Assembly: GCA_028283345.1 (NCBI GenBank)
Contig: JAPOGE010000001.1
Location: forward strand, 1-56,216
Direction of reading: 5' to 3'
Length of the DNA: 56,216 bases
Source of the DNA: Candidatus Poseidoniales archaeon
GTDB lineage: Archaea; Thermoplasmatota; Poseidoniia; Poseidoniales; Poseidoniaceae
Positions 1 to 9,159 of this stretch are shown piece after piece (within the stretch, counting starts at the first letter, position 1; each line of letters opens with the position of its first letter). A program made the position numbers and the translations under genes. The notes beneath the pieces are model-generated. The model was not told the origin of the DNA and did not search any database. It saw nothing but the letters and a program-made list of their open reading frames with translations.

Positions 1-60
1 TGTCCGCATCGGTGTCCGCATCGGTGTCCGCATCGGTGTCCGCATCGGTGTCCGCATCGG
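1..60. repeat. 12-bp tandem repeat (TGTCCGCATCGG)x5, encoding (DADT)n
   Basis: Five perfect units, truncated by the window edge, in frame in the minus-strand CDS. Confidence 0.95.
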
Positions 61-2332
61 CGCCATCATCGGCGCTGGCGGCGGCATTGTTTATGCGCAT
101 TATCAGAATATCCAGTTCGGGCAGGTCAATCTTGCCGTCACCGGAGAGGTCGACTGATTGCATCAGTGAGTCGACATCCCAGGGCGCCAGATCAGCGATC
201 TCCATCGCCGCCAATCCTTCACGGAACTCAAAACTGTCGAGAACCAGGTCCTTGTTCAGATCCATCTCGCTGAAAATCTCAAAGATGGTCTTGTCGCTCT
301 CGGCCAGATAGGCGGCGAACTTGACAAGTTCAGGGGCAAACTCTTCATCGGCTGGCGCGGATACCTGTGCCACCGTGGAGACCGGGGTGGCCTCTTGGGT
401 TCCGGCAGCACCGTCCCCACCAACATCGGAGCCAGCGGTAGCATTGTGAATACGTATCAACAGGATATCCAATTCGGGAAGATCGATATTTCCGTCTCCG
501 GAAATGTCGAATGAATTGAGCAGGACCTCCGCCTCCTCGTGGGAGAGTTCGGCAATCCCCATTTCAGACATTCCGATGCGGAACTCGGCTGAGTCGATGA
601 CCTGATCTTGGTTGGTATCCATCTCGTTGAATACTTCAAAGACATCCTTGCCGCTCTCGGAAAGATAAGCGGCGAACTTGATTAGTTCAGGGGCGAATTC
701 ATCACCGCTGGGTGCGGCCACCGCGGTTGTGGCTACTGGATCCTCGCCGCCGACGATGATTTCACTATCTATTCCCAATCCCTGGCCGAGCAGTTGGCGA
801 ATCGTGGTCGTGCCGGCCACCAATCGAAATCCGGCCTGAGCACCGCCCCCGGCAAAGGCATCGACATCATCGGACGGGGTGCCCGAAAATACGGTCTCGG
901 TGGCATTGTGCATGGCGATGAATATCCCCATCACCGAGCCGTACAGGAATACCGATGCAGTCAAGCGGAAGCCTGCGACCGAACCTTCAGCACCGGCATC
1001 GTTCAGAGCCATCTGGGCGAAATCGCCCATCAGGCTGGTAATGGTCCAACCCAATCCACCCAACAGGACCAGCCAGAAGGCCCAGCGTGCCTTGGAACGG
1101 CTGGAGAGTTCCCGACCGACGGTGAGAGGCAGAATCTGTGTGAGTGCCGCAACTACCAGCAGTCCTCCGATGACCCAATAGAACCCTTGATTTACGGTGG
1201 TGTGTACCTCACCCAATGAGCCGATACCGGCGAAGGTGTCGAGGGCGGTGAAGTAAGCGCCGATGGCAAATATCGGCAATAGCAGAGCAACCGCGGCCGA
1301 GCAGGCGGCGGCAGGTTCCTCGACCAGACAATCCCAGCGACCCTTCAAAGTGGTGATGGTATTGGTCGAGGCCGCCAGCAGGGGGAATAATCCAATCGTG
1401 ATTCCAACCGCACCGATTGTCACCCACAGTCCGCTGGCACTGCTCGAAGCACTGACCGCAAACGGGGTGATAGAGGCGAATAGCAGCAGCATTGCCATCG
1501 ATAGATTACGGCTCCAGATCGGTGCTCCGCTGGCCTTGGCGACACTGTATGTCATCACCGCCAATACCAGGGAAAGAGGGAACCATCCGGAAACCACGGT
1601 GGAAGAAATCCATTCCAATTGGGAATTGGAGGTAAAATGCCCGAAGGCATTTGCCAACAATCCCCAGACCAGTGCGGTATGACCGAGAATCAGCATCCAC
1701 GATGGTATCTCAATCGGTTGACCCTCAGCGCGGTCGCCCAAGGTCAACAGATGGTTGAGCAGTACGGCACCAGCCAACGCTGCAAAGATGATATTGAACA
1801 GGGTCTGTTCAAATCGGCCGACCTCGATGAAGATTGAAATCAGAATATTCACCAGAATCAAACCCGACCATGCGAACGCGACCAGTGTTGCATTGGCCTC
1901 GCTGGCCAGGGCGGCACCGGCCGCACGGCTCTGAATCACCAACCCGGCGCCGATGAGCACCATACCGAATCCACCCCATACCAGCACCATGTCGGTGACC
2001 TGCGCCAGCGCCTCTGCGTTGTACGACCAGCCGACACTGGCGAGGGAATCCAAGGCGGTGGGGTCGTATCTCAGCCAGGTCTGCAGGAATCCGAAGGTGG
2101 CGGCGATACAGAACCACAGGCCGCCGAGCATCATCCAGTTGCGGGCGCCCTTGCCCTCGCCCTTATCGAACAGGTCGACCAGTCCAACCGGTGCCTTGTC
2201 GAGCAGGAAGATGGCGAGTTGGCGCAGAGATTCGCTCATATTTCCCAGACCTCGGTTGGTGAAATAGGCCACCAAGACCATGGAAATCACCAGAGCGAGA
2301 ATGATGAAAGCGATATTACCGAGCACCATCAT
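1..2332 (-). CDS. Polytopic membrane protein resembling cbb3-type oxidase subunit I (CcoN fold, His ligands absent), fused to two EF-hand pairs; 3' end runs off the window
   Basis: Hand-translated open frame from ATG 2332/2329 (GAGGTGA SD-like) to base 1; not in the ORF track. About 12-13 hydrophobic segments. YSVAKASGAPIWSRNLS, NTITTLKGRWDCLVEEP and ILPLTVGRELSSRSKARWAFW echo CcoN loops. EF-hand loops: DTNQDQVIDSAE, DISGDGNIDLPE, DLNKDLVLDSFE, DLSGDGKIDLPE. Confidence 0.8.
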   Translation of the reverse strand, partial: MMVLGNIAFIILALVISMVLVAYFTNRGLGNMSESLRQLAIFLLDKAPVGLVDLFDKGEGKGARNWMMLGGLWFCIAATFGFLQTWLRYDPTALDSLASVGWSYNAEALAQVTDMVLVWGGFGMVLIGAGLVIQSRAAGAALASEANATLVAFAWSGLILVNILISIFIEVGRFEQTLFNIIFAALAGAVLLNHLLTLGDRAEGQPIEIPSWMLILGHTALVWGLLANAFGHFTSNSQLEWISSTVVSGWFPLSLVLAVMTYSVAKASGAPIWSRNLSMAMLLLFASITPFAVSASSSASGLWVTIGAVGITIGLFPLLAASTNTITTLKGRWDCLVEEPAAACSAAVALLLPIFAIGAYFTALDTFAGIGSLGEVHTTVNQGFYWVIGGLLVVAALTQILPLTVGRELSSRSKARWAFWLVLLGGLGWTITSLMGDFAQMALNDAGAEGSVAGFRLTASVFLYGSVMGIFIAMHNATETVFSGTPSDDVDAFAGGGAQAGFRLVAGTTTIRQLLGQGLGIDSEIIVGGEDPVATTAVAAPSGDEFAPELIKFAAYLSESGKDVFEVFNEMDTNQDQVIDSAEFRIGMSEMGIAELSHEEAEVLLNSFDISGDGNIDLPELDILLIRIHNATAGSDVGGDGAAGTQEATPVSTVAQVSAPADEEFAPELVKFAAYLAESDKTIFEIFSEMDLNKDLVLDSFEFREGLAAMEIADLAPWDVDSLMQSVDLSGDGKIDLPELDILIMRINNAAASADDGADADTDADTDADTDADTDAD

Positions 2333-2336
2333 CACC

Positions 2337-2606
2337 TCAATCCGCTAGGACCTCCGCCAATATCTTAGCAAATAACAGCGCAAATGCGACCAGAATACCA
2401 AGTATGTAGTACCAGATCCCACCACTTCCAAGGGCATCGAACAGCGGAATCAACTCGCTGATGACCGGGAAGTTATCCCATCCGAAGACCACCGTGAACA
2501 GCCCCATCAAACCGAGTAGACCAACACCGATTATCGTCAACACAACCCGAGATTCCTCGGGCTCCGCCACACCTTGGGTCACATCTGGTAATCCTGCCTC
2601 ACTCAT
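2337..2606 (-). CDS. Small membrane protein with about two TM helices
   Basis: 89 aa with two hydrophobic segments; stop lies 4-7 nt before the next gene, suggesting an operon. Confidence 0.75.
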   Translation of the reverse strand: MSEAGLPDVTQGVAEPEESRVVLTIIGVGLLGLMGLFTVVFGWDNFPVISELIPLFDALGSGGIWYYILGILVAFALLFAKILAEVLAD

Positions 2607-2741
2607 AACTTCACATCATGACCCCTCTGGGGTCATCCCGGCTAGCCTTGGAATAGTCATAAACATTCACCGAGCATCTCATCGGAAACCTAGCCCCACA
2701 TAATCACAACTGAGGCGCCAAAGGGTTGCACCAACTACATC

Positions 2742-3884
2742 TCAAGGCGAGCGCAGACGTTCCATCATCGGGCCACGGCGTCGCTGGCCGACGCCGAGGG
2801 GGGAGGGGACGACCAGATCCAGTGCAACCTCGTTCTCCCATATCCTGCGGCAGGTGCAATCCAGTCCACCAAATTCCAACAGGTCGCCGCTGACCGAATA
2901 TCGCTCGATTGCCGCCGCTACCTCGCGGTCGCACTCACCACAATTATGCGAACCTCGCACCTTCCCAGCCGCGGTCGGGTGAATCAGCAGGCGGCTGATC
3001 TGCTCACCATCACCATTCTTTCCACCATTGGGATGGATGAAGGGGTGTGCCCGCTCTATCAGTTCGACCAGAGACCATAACCATGGTGGGCGGTAATCTC
3101 CGGCGCGAAACAGTCTGTCGATGACGGTGCCACGCTGAATGTTCATCGGATTGATGGAAATCTCATCGCTCAATTCGGCGATCCCCTCAATCCAGCGCAC
3201 GGTATGGACCAGTGAGTCACCTTCACTCATGAACGGTGGTTTGAACATTAGATAGGTCTTGATGCGCAATCCGGCATTCTGTAGATTCTCGACCGCACGA
3301 TACCAAGACTTTACGGTGAATCCCTTGTTGATGTGGAAGCGCAGCACCTCCTCGTCGAGCGCCTCGAGGCCGATGGCGACGGTGAACTTGGGATTGATGG
3401 CCGTCGCCCACGCCAACTTCTCTTCGCTACACTGCTCGGTACGGCTCTCGATTACCAATTCCTTACCCAATTCATGGCAATCTCGCAGGACGGTCTCCTG
3501 AAAGTCGAGGGGGATTTCACGGTCTTCCAGCAAAGAGCCCGAGGTGTAGACCTTGACCATCCCATGTTCGGCGAAATCGGCGAATTTCTCGCGGGCGAAA
3601 GCCCATTGTGCGTGGAGGTCCGATGAGGTGACATCATCGCGGGTATCGTTGAAGTAACCACAGAAGGTACAGCCCGACGACCACCACCAATGGCAACCCT
3701 TGGTGCGCAGAATAATCGTCACCGCTGAGGTCAGGGTGCCGTCCGATAGCATCTCGGGAGTGTGGTAGACGGTGGCCGGGCGCTCACCGCTCCACGCGTG
3801 TTTCTTCTTCTGTGCCCATTCAGTATTCTCAGGGGCTTTGATGAGGTCGTGCAGGCGCTTTGGTTTGGCCTGGCTATCGGCCAT
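2742..3884 (-). CDS. raSEA: Archaeosine biosynthesis radical SAM protein RaSEA
   Basis: TIILRTKGC-x7-CTFCGY atypical radical-SAM motif, plus VKVYTSGS, AIGLE, KPPFMSE, YRPPWLWS and RGSHNCGECD. Start reassigned to MADSQ at 3884. Confidence 0.88.
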   Translation of the reverse strand: MADSQAKPKRLHDLIKAPENTEWAQKKKHAWSGERPATVYHTPEMLSDGTLTSAVTIILRTKGCHWWWSSGCTFCGYFNDTRDDVTSSDLHAQWAFAREKFADFAEHGMVKVYTSGSLLEDREIPLDFQETVLRDCHELGKELVIESRTEQCSEEKLAWATAINPKFTVAIGLEALDEEVLRFHINKGFTVKSWYRAVENLQNAGLRIKTYLMFKPPFMSEGDSLVHTVRWIEGIAELSDEISINPMNIQRGTVIDRLFRAGDYRPPWLWSLVELIERAHPFIHPNGGKNGDGEQISRLLIHPTAAGKVRGSHNCGECDREVAAAIERYSVSGDLLEFGGLDCTCRRIWENEVALDLVVPSPLGVGQRRRGPMMERLRSP

Positions 3885-4023
3885 GGTCAAGCGAATCCCA
3901 CCGGTCAAGCCAACTCCTCCAGTAACCACGGGTGGTCGTGCCGTCAAGAACTTATTCATTCCAACCGAGGAGGAATTTGATGCCAAGCACCATTGCAAAT
4001 CCCCGATGCCTGTCGATGGTCTG

Positions 4024-4896
4024 TTACTGCTCGTCAAGCGGCTTGAACAGAATCGTCTTTCCGGCATAGACGTACTCACCCTTGGGGAAGTTCTCATCCC
4101 CGGATTCTGCACCGACCACCATCGGAGTGAATCGCCCGGCCGGGGCGCGGGTATCGACGCGACTACCGAGGCGTATCATGCCATATCTCTGACCGCGCCG
4201 CAATTCCATTCCGCTTTGTGACCACGGCACGATGGTGCGAGCCAGGGCGCCGGAAATCTGCGTCACCTCAATCGCAATGCCAGCCTCGTGACCACCTTGG
4301 CCGGTGGCGCAAAATACCGTACGGACGCGTTCATTGAATTCGGATTCCTTACCGAAGGCCGGAAGGAATGGGCCGCGCCGGCGACCCTTGCCGGTGCGGT
4401 GCTCCATGTGGGTGATGGTGCTGGCGAGTGGGGCTCGATTCACATGCACATCGAGCGGTGACATGAAAACCGCGATTCGCCACACATCATCAGCCCCTTC
4501 TTCTCCGGCTGGGACTCGCTCCCAGAGCTGTTCGGTGGCAAAACTCATTGGCTCATCGAGGACTTTGGCGAGCCAGTCTCCGGTATGCTCGTCGCTCTCC
4601 AAATCATCTGACTCCATCTCGGCCTTGCTCGGTCGTCGCCCGATGGCACGCTCGCGCACGACGAACATGACATGGCCATCGGCACTGGCGACCAGAACCC
4701 CTGCATCGCTGGGAATCACCCGGTCGGGGTCGCGAAAGAAGTTTGCCAGGAAAGCCGACAGCATCAGCAGAGATACACCGACCAAGGTGACCAGATGACC
4801 CAATGGATGAACGAAAACTGCAACATACAGGGTTGCAATCCCCATCAATGCGGTGGTATAGACCGGGGTCTTGCCACCGGGTGCCAGCAGGGACAT
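4024..4896 (-). CDS. psd: Phosphatidylserine/archaetidylserine decarboxylase proenzyme
   Basis: FFRDPDR, ASADG, FMSPLDVHVNRAP and the GMIRLGSRVD self-cleavage motif; N-terminal TM helices. Confidence 0.92.
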   Translation of the reverse strand: MSLLAPGGKTPVYTTALMGIATLYVAVFVHPLGHLVTLVGVSLLMLSAFLANFFRDPDRVIPSDAGVLVASADGHVMFVVRERAIGRRPSKAEMESDDLESDEHTGDWLAKVLDEPMSFATEQLWERVPAGEEGADDVWRIAVFMSPLDVHVNRAPLASTITHMEHRTGKGRRRGPFLPAFGKESEFNERVRTVFCATGQGGHEAGIAIEVTQISGALARTIVPWSQSGMELRRGQRYGMIRLGSRVDTRAPAGRFTPMVVGAESGDENFPKGEYVYAGKTILFKPLDEQ

Positions 4897-4904
4897 CCCC
4901 AGCC

Positions 4905-5765
4905 TCACGATTCTTGTTCGGCCCAAGGGTCGACATCATCGCCCCAGTCAGCCGCCGGGGCTGGCTTTGGGTCGGATTCCTCGGCAGGGGTTTCCTCGGC
5001 GGATTCCTCGGCGGATTCCTCGGCGGATTCCTCGGCGACCTCTTCTTCGGCGGGGGTATCGTCACCGCTTGATTCCTTGGCAGGCTCTTCATTGTCCTCG
5101 GCTGGGGCTGACTCCTCTTCAGCAGACTCGGCTTCGTCAGTTTCCTCAGGTGAAGAATGGATTGACTTGGCTTCATCGATGGTCATCTCGGCAGCTCTGG
5201 CGGTGACCATCTCGGTCATCCGCTCCTCGATTGCCCTCTGCATGTGTTGCGACTTACGCTCGGCCTCGACCGCTTTCTCAATCAGTTCATAGCGCTCTTT
5301 GATGGCCTTGTTCAAATCCTCGAACAACGCCATGTGGGAAACGTACCAATCGTCGCGTGCCTTCATCTCTGAGACCGCCAGACGCAGGTCGTTATCGAGT
5401 TCTTCGGTGATGTTGAAGACCTTGCCAAGGCGCTCTTTTTCACGGGTGAATTTCTCTTCCATCTTCTGCAGTTCTGGCTCTAGGAAGTCTACCTGTTTGC
5501 TCGACTTAGCGGCGCGAAGTTCCAATTCTCGCAAGCGATGATCCTTCTCGTCGAGCAGACCCTCAAGTCCTTCCTTCTCGATTTCTCGCTCGACAATCTC
5601 CTTTTCGAGAACTTCAATCTCAGCCTTGAGGTTGACACTTTCCTTTTCTTGAATCTCGTACGCGTTGTACAGTGTCAGCAAACGTTCCGACTCTTCACTC
5701 AGTCGTTCATTACACTCCTTGAGTTGAACCTCCGCGGTAATCGTCCCACCATCTTCGTCGCCCAT
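4905..5765 (-). CDS. Coiled-coil protein with acidic low-complexity C-terminus
   Basis: Heptad-rich E/K/L helix of about 190 aa followed by an EESA-rich tail. Start at 5765 or 5792. Confidence 0.8.
   Translation of the reverse strand: MGDEDGGTITAEVQLKECNERLSEESERLLTLYNAYEIQEKESVNLKAEIEVLEKEIVEREIEKEGLEGLLDEKDHRLRELELRAAKSSKQVDFLEPELQKMEEKFTREKERLGKVFNITEELDNDLRLAVSEMKARDDWYVSHMALFEDLNKAIKERYELIEKAVEAERKSQHMQRAIEERMTEMVTARAAEMTIDEAKSIHSSPEETDEAESAEEESAPAEDNEEPAKESSGDDTPAEEEVAEESAEESAEESAEETPAEESDPKPAPAADWGDDVDPWAEQES
4992..5037. repeat. 12-bp tandem repeat (TTCCTCGGCGGA), about 3.8 units, encoding (AEES)n
   Basis: Seen directly in the sequence. Confidence 0.9.
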
Positions 5766-5943
5766 CAAATCAACTCTGAGCCTACGGCTCATAAATTACG
5801 ACCCTGTGCGCTGTTATGAAGTCGACGCCTCGCAGGTCGTGCACAGGCCACTCTATCATAGGCCAAGCCTGGATTCAAATCATAGTTACCTCAGTTGAGC
5901 GGAAGTCCCAAAAGACACACACCCGAGCCAGTGACCGACTATC

Positions 5944-6411
5944 ATGGCGAAAGTGCACATTTTGGTCGGCAAGAATTTTCCGGATTTCAATCTCGACACC
6001 TCACTCGGCCAACCCTTGTCTAAGGATGACCTGCTCGGCAAGTGGTCGGTCTTCTACTTCTACCCCAAGGACGACAGCCCCGGTTGCACGGTGCAATCCT
6101 GTCGTTTTCGAGATGATTACTCGGAGTATGAAAAAATGGGGGTCCAGATGATTGGAGTGTCCTCTGACAGTGTCAATTCACACCAGAGATTTGCCGAAAA
6201 AAACCGCTTGCCCTTCGCCCTTCTCGCCGATGCGAAAGGCCACCTCCGTGCCGAGTTGAAAATACCCAAAACCATGGGTTTACTGCCCGGGCGTGCTACC
6301 TTCATCGTCGATGGTGTGGGCATCATCCGCATGGTCTACAATTCACAATTGCGCTTCAAACAGCATTCCAAAGTGGCGCTGGATTTTCTGCGCGAAAACT
6401 TCTCACCTTAG
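5944..6411 (+). CDS. bcp: Peroxiredoxin, Bcp/PrxQ type
   Basis: FYFYPKDDSPGCTVQSC, IGVSSD and GRATFIVD motifs. Confidence 0.93.
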   Translation: MAKVHILVGKNFPDFNLDTSLGQPLSKDDLLGKWSVFYFYPKDDSPGCTVQSCRFRDDYSEYEKMGVQMIGVSSDSVNSHQRFAEKNRLPFALLADAKGHLRAELKIPKTMGLLPGRATFIVDGVGIIRMVYNSQLRFKQHSKVALDFLRENFSP

Positions 6412-6496
6412 CCGCCTAGCCGGATTGATTTACGCCGTTAAAAGGGTGAATTAGCCGGCTGAAAGTTTTTTTATCAAGGTCAGAAATAACATACCG

Positions 6497-7044
6497 ATGC
6501 AAACCTCCTCGCCAAATCCAGTTTCACCCACTGCCCCAACGATGAACCCGCAATACCAAGGTAGGGGTGCGGTCGAGCAGGTCGGTTCAGAGGTGCTTGA
6601 CGATGCTGAAAAGATTGCCAGCAAAATTCTGGAGGCGCAAGTTTGTGTGATATTGGCTGTTCCTACAGGAATTTTTCTCCTCGGTTTCGGGATTTACGAA
6701 CTCATCGTCGATTTTTGTTTGAATGTGGATACTTCAAGTCTTGAGACTATAATCCCCTTATCGTCATCGGATTGGTTGTCTTGGGTGCCGGATTACGGTT
6801 CGGCAAGGAGGGTGTCTCCCTCTATGTGTCGCCTTCAGGGGTTTTCATCCGCACCTTGAAATATGGATTTTTCAGTGAGAAGGTAATCAAAGTGAATCAG
6901 AGAACGGTGGTCGGAATTGAAGACCAGCATGGCATTACCCTGTTCTATTCCTCGGTATCTGGAGATATGACTCGAATCGAGGCTGGCTTGAATGAAAAAC
7001 GCCACGAGGAAATCATGGAAAAAATCCGCGCCGCCAGCCAATAA
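6497..7044 (+). pseudogene. Frameshifted two-TM membrane protein gene (pseudogene or sequencing error)
   Basis: ORFs 6497-6859 and 6772-7044 join if one C is added to the C4 run at 6754-6757, restoring a second TM helix (TIIPLIVIGLVVLGAG). A TTTTTTATC TATA-like element lies about 25 nt upstream. Confidence 0.65.
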
Positions 7045-7138
7045 TACCCCGAGAACCTCTTATCCGAAGGGGCCGTACCAGTATTTGTTTCGTAATGGCC
7101 CTCCACCCTCACACAGGCAGGGAAGAAGGTCATAGCCG

Positions 7139-7849
7139 ATGAGCCACCGGGAGAGCAACATGCCTACAGAAAAACGACCGGGGGGTAGTTCGACCTCTCG
7201 CTCATCTTCCGCGCCATCCGAAAAGTCTCCGGCTTCTCCGCAGATATCCCCTCTGGTGGCCTTGGCTATTGGGGTTGTGCTCGGGCTGGCGACTTTTTCA
7301 ATGATTGACATTATGTCTTCGGACCCGGCACCGGTTGGATTGGTCGACCTCGACCAAGATGGGGTTCAGGACAGCCATGACCTCGAGCCCGAGGGCAATG
7401 CGAGAATGCGCTTTACCCTGGTCAGCCTTGCACATCTGAATCTCAGCGAGAACACCTCGTTCAACCTGACCATCTGGTATGATGGCAATGGCGACCCCAG
7501 CGGCAATGCCGACGGTCAGTCTTGCACTCTCCTGTTCCCCGGCGCGGTGAATACCTCGATTTCTCGCCCCAGCCAAGGTTGTACCTTCGAGACCAGCGAT
7601 TGGACCATGCTCTCGGTCGGCTTTGGCTACCAGTTGACCAGTTCACAGGTCGGTGACGGCAATATCACCCTGATTCATCATTGGGATATATTCCCCGGGA
7701 ACTCCAGTGATACCTCGGGCTACAACTCCAGCGTCGATCCATGGAAGTTGCACCAGGGCCAGACCATCGTGCTCGATGGGATGGGAGATGGCGATGGTAA
7801 TCCCCGCAATGCGGTGCTCACCTTGGTCACCGCCGCCGACGACAACTGA
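7139..7849 (+). CDS. Membrane-anchored extracellular protein with a Ca-binding DxDxDG motif
   Basis: Single TM helix, then DLDQDGVQDSHD and a beta-rich domain with several N-x-S/T sequons. Confidence 0.75.
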   Translation: MSHRESNMPTEKRPGGSSTSRSSSAPSEKSPASPQISPLVALAIGVVLGLATFSMIDIMSSDPAPVGLVDLDQDGVQDSHDLEPEGNARMRFTLVSLAHLNLSENTSFNLTIWYDGNGDPSGNADGQSCTLLFPGAVNTSISRPSQGCTFETSDWTMLSVGFGYQLTSSQVGDGNITLIHHWDIFPGNSSDTSGYNSSVDPWKLHQGQTIVLDGMGDGDGNPRNAVLTLVTAADDN

Positions 7850-7942
7850 TTTTTCCTCTCTCTACCCGCCCCTCTTTACGGTTCTTATCTTTGGTGGAAA
7901 ACAGGGGAAAGAACCAACCTCAAGGCCTGCTCTGGCAATGAT

Positions 7943-8659
7943 ATGGTTGTAGATGAATTAGCCACCATCTCGGTATTGGGTTTTGCCGACCCAGTCAGCA
8001 GTTGGACGCATCTGGCCGGGGCGACGCTGGCGCTGATTCTAGGGCTTCGCTTCATCACCAGATTCCGCGGCTCTAATCTCCACCGCTCGGGACTGGTGAT
8101 TTTCGTCCTCGCCACCGTCTTCCTGCTGTCGATGAGTGGGGTCTATCACCTGCTCTCACACGGTAGTTCGGGCCGCTACGTATTGCAACATCTCGACCAT
8201 GCGGCGATATGGGTGATGATTGCCGGCACTTTCACTCCAATTCATCTAATGCTATTCAAGGGTTGGAAACGGTGGGCTATCCTGGCCTTTATCTGGACCG
8301 CTGCCATCACTGGTCTGGTGCTCAAGACCGTGTTCTTCGATGGTTTTCCGGAATGGTTGGGATTGATTCTCTATCTCGGCATGGGTTGGGCCGGTCTGTT
8401 CTCCGGGATATTGCTGGCTCGTGAATATGGTCTGGGATTCGTTCGTCTGCTCACCTACGGCGGTATCTCCTACAGTGTGGGGGCAATTCTTGAATTCATC
8501 CGGGCGCCAACCATCTTCCCCGGAATCATCGGTGCGCATGAGTTATTCCATTTCGCCATCATCATCGCCATCGTCTGCCACTGGCGCTTTATCGAGGTGG
8601 TGGTTCTGGAGGTTTCACAGCCCATGGGTGAAAGCACAAAATCGTATGAAAGCGAGTGA
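7943..8659 (+). CDS. Hemolysin-III / PAQR family membrane protein
   Basis: SSWTH, SGVYH, LDHAAIWVMIAGTFTP, YLGMGW and HELFH motifs; about 7 TM helices. Confidence 0.92.
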   Translation: MVVDELATISVLGFADPVSSWTHLAGATLALILGLRFITRFRGSNLHRSGLVIFVLATVFLLSMSGVYHLLSHGSSGRYVLQHLDHAAIWVMIAGTFTPIHLMLFKGWKRWAILAFIWTAAITGLVLKTVFFDGFPEWLGLILYLGMGWAGLFSGILLAREYGLGFVRLLTYGGISYSVGAILEFIRAPTIFPGIIGAHELFHFAIIIAIVCHWRFIEVVVLEVSQPMGESTKSYESE

Positions 8660-8774
8660 TTATTATCGGGTCATGAATCATTTCCTCGCCTATGGCTTGG
8701 TATGGACTTTCCCCATTGCCGCCTTAGTTTGAAATGACGATTATTTAGATAGGGGATGAATACAGGGGGATTTC

Positions 8775-9116
8775 ATGGCCGAGAATCTTGCCGCGCAATT
8801 GCAGGGAGGGGGCGCCGACTTCGTTCTCTTCTCGACAATGACCTGCCCTTTCTGCAGCGCGGCAAAGAAAGCCTTGAAGCAACATGGATGGTCGTGGAAA
8901 GAGCACGATGTGAATGTCTCTAGGACCAGGGGGCTGTATTCGCGGGTAGTCGCACAAACCGGCCATCGAACTGTGCCGGTGGTCTTTGACATGCGTGGTG
9001 ATGAACCAACCTTCATCGGTGGCTCGGGCGAACTCAACTCTCTGCTGAAGCGAGAATCCGGTCATACCTCGCCCGGTCGTGGTCTATTCGGATTTCTGTT
9101 CCGGGCCAATACCTAA
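8775..9116 (+). CDS. Glutaredoxin
   Basis: CPFC active site, TVP and FIGG motifs. Confidence 0.9.
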   Translation: MAENLAAQLQGGGADFVLFSTMTCPFCSAAKKALKQHGWSWKEHDVNVSRTRGLYSRVVAQTGHRTVPVVFDMRGDEPTFIGGSGELNSLLKRESGHTSPGRGLFGFLFRANT

Positions 9117-9159
9117 TGGCCTATGGGGGTTAAATAGGGCTGGTCAACGGCATTGACCA

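Noticed and set aside
12..2267. Short plus-strand and alternative-frame ORFs listed in 1-2300
   Set aside because: They are shadows of the long minus-strand CDS that the track missed because it has no stop within the window.
3885..4112. N-terminal extension of RaSEA given by the ORF track
   Set aside because: It overlaps the psd 3' end and does not look protein-like. ATG 3884 fits better. The same reasoning applies to the extensions on the thiolase, ACBP-SDR and TFB-like ORFs.
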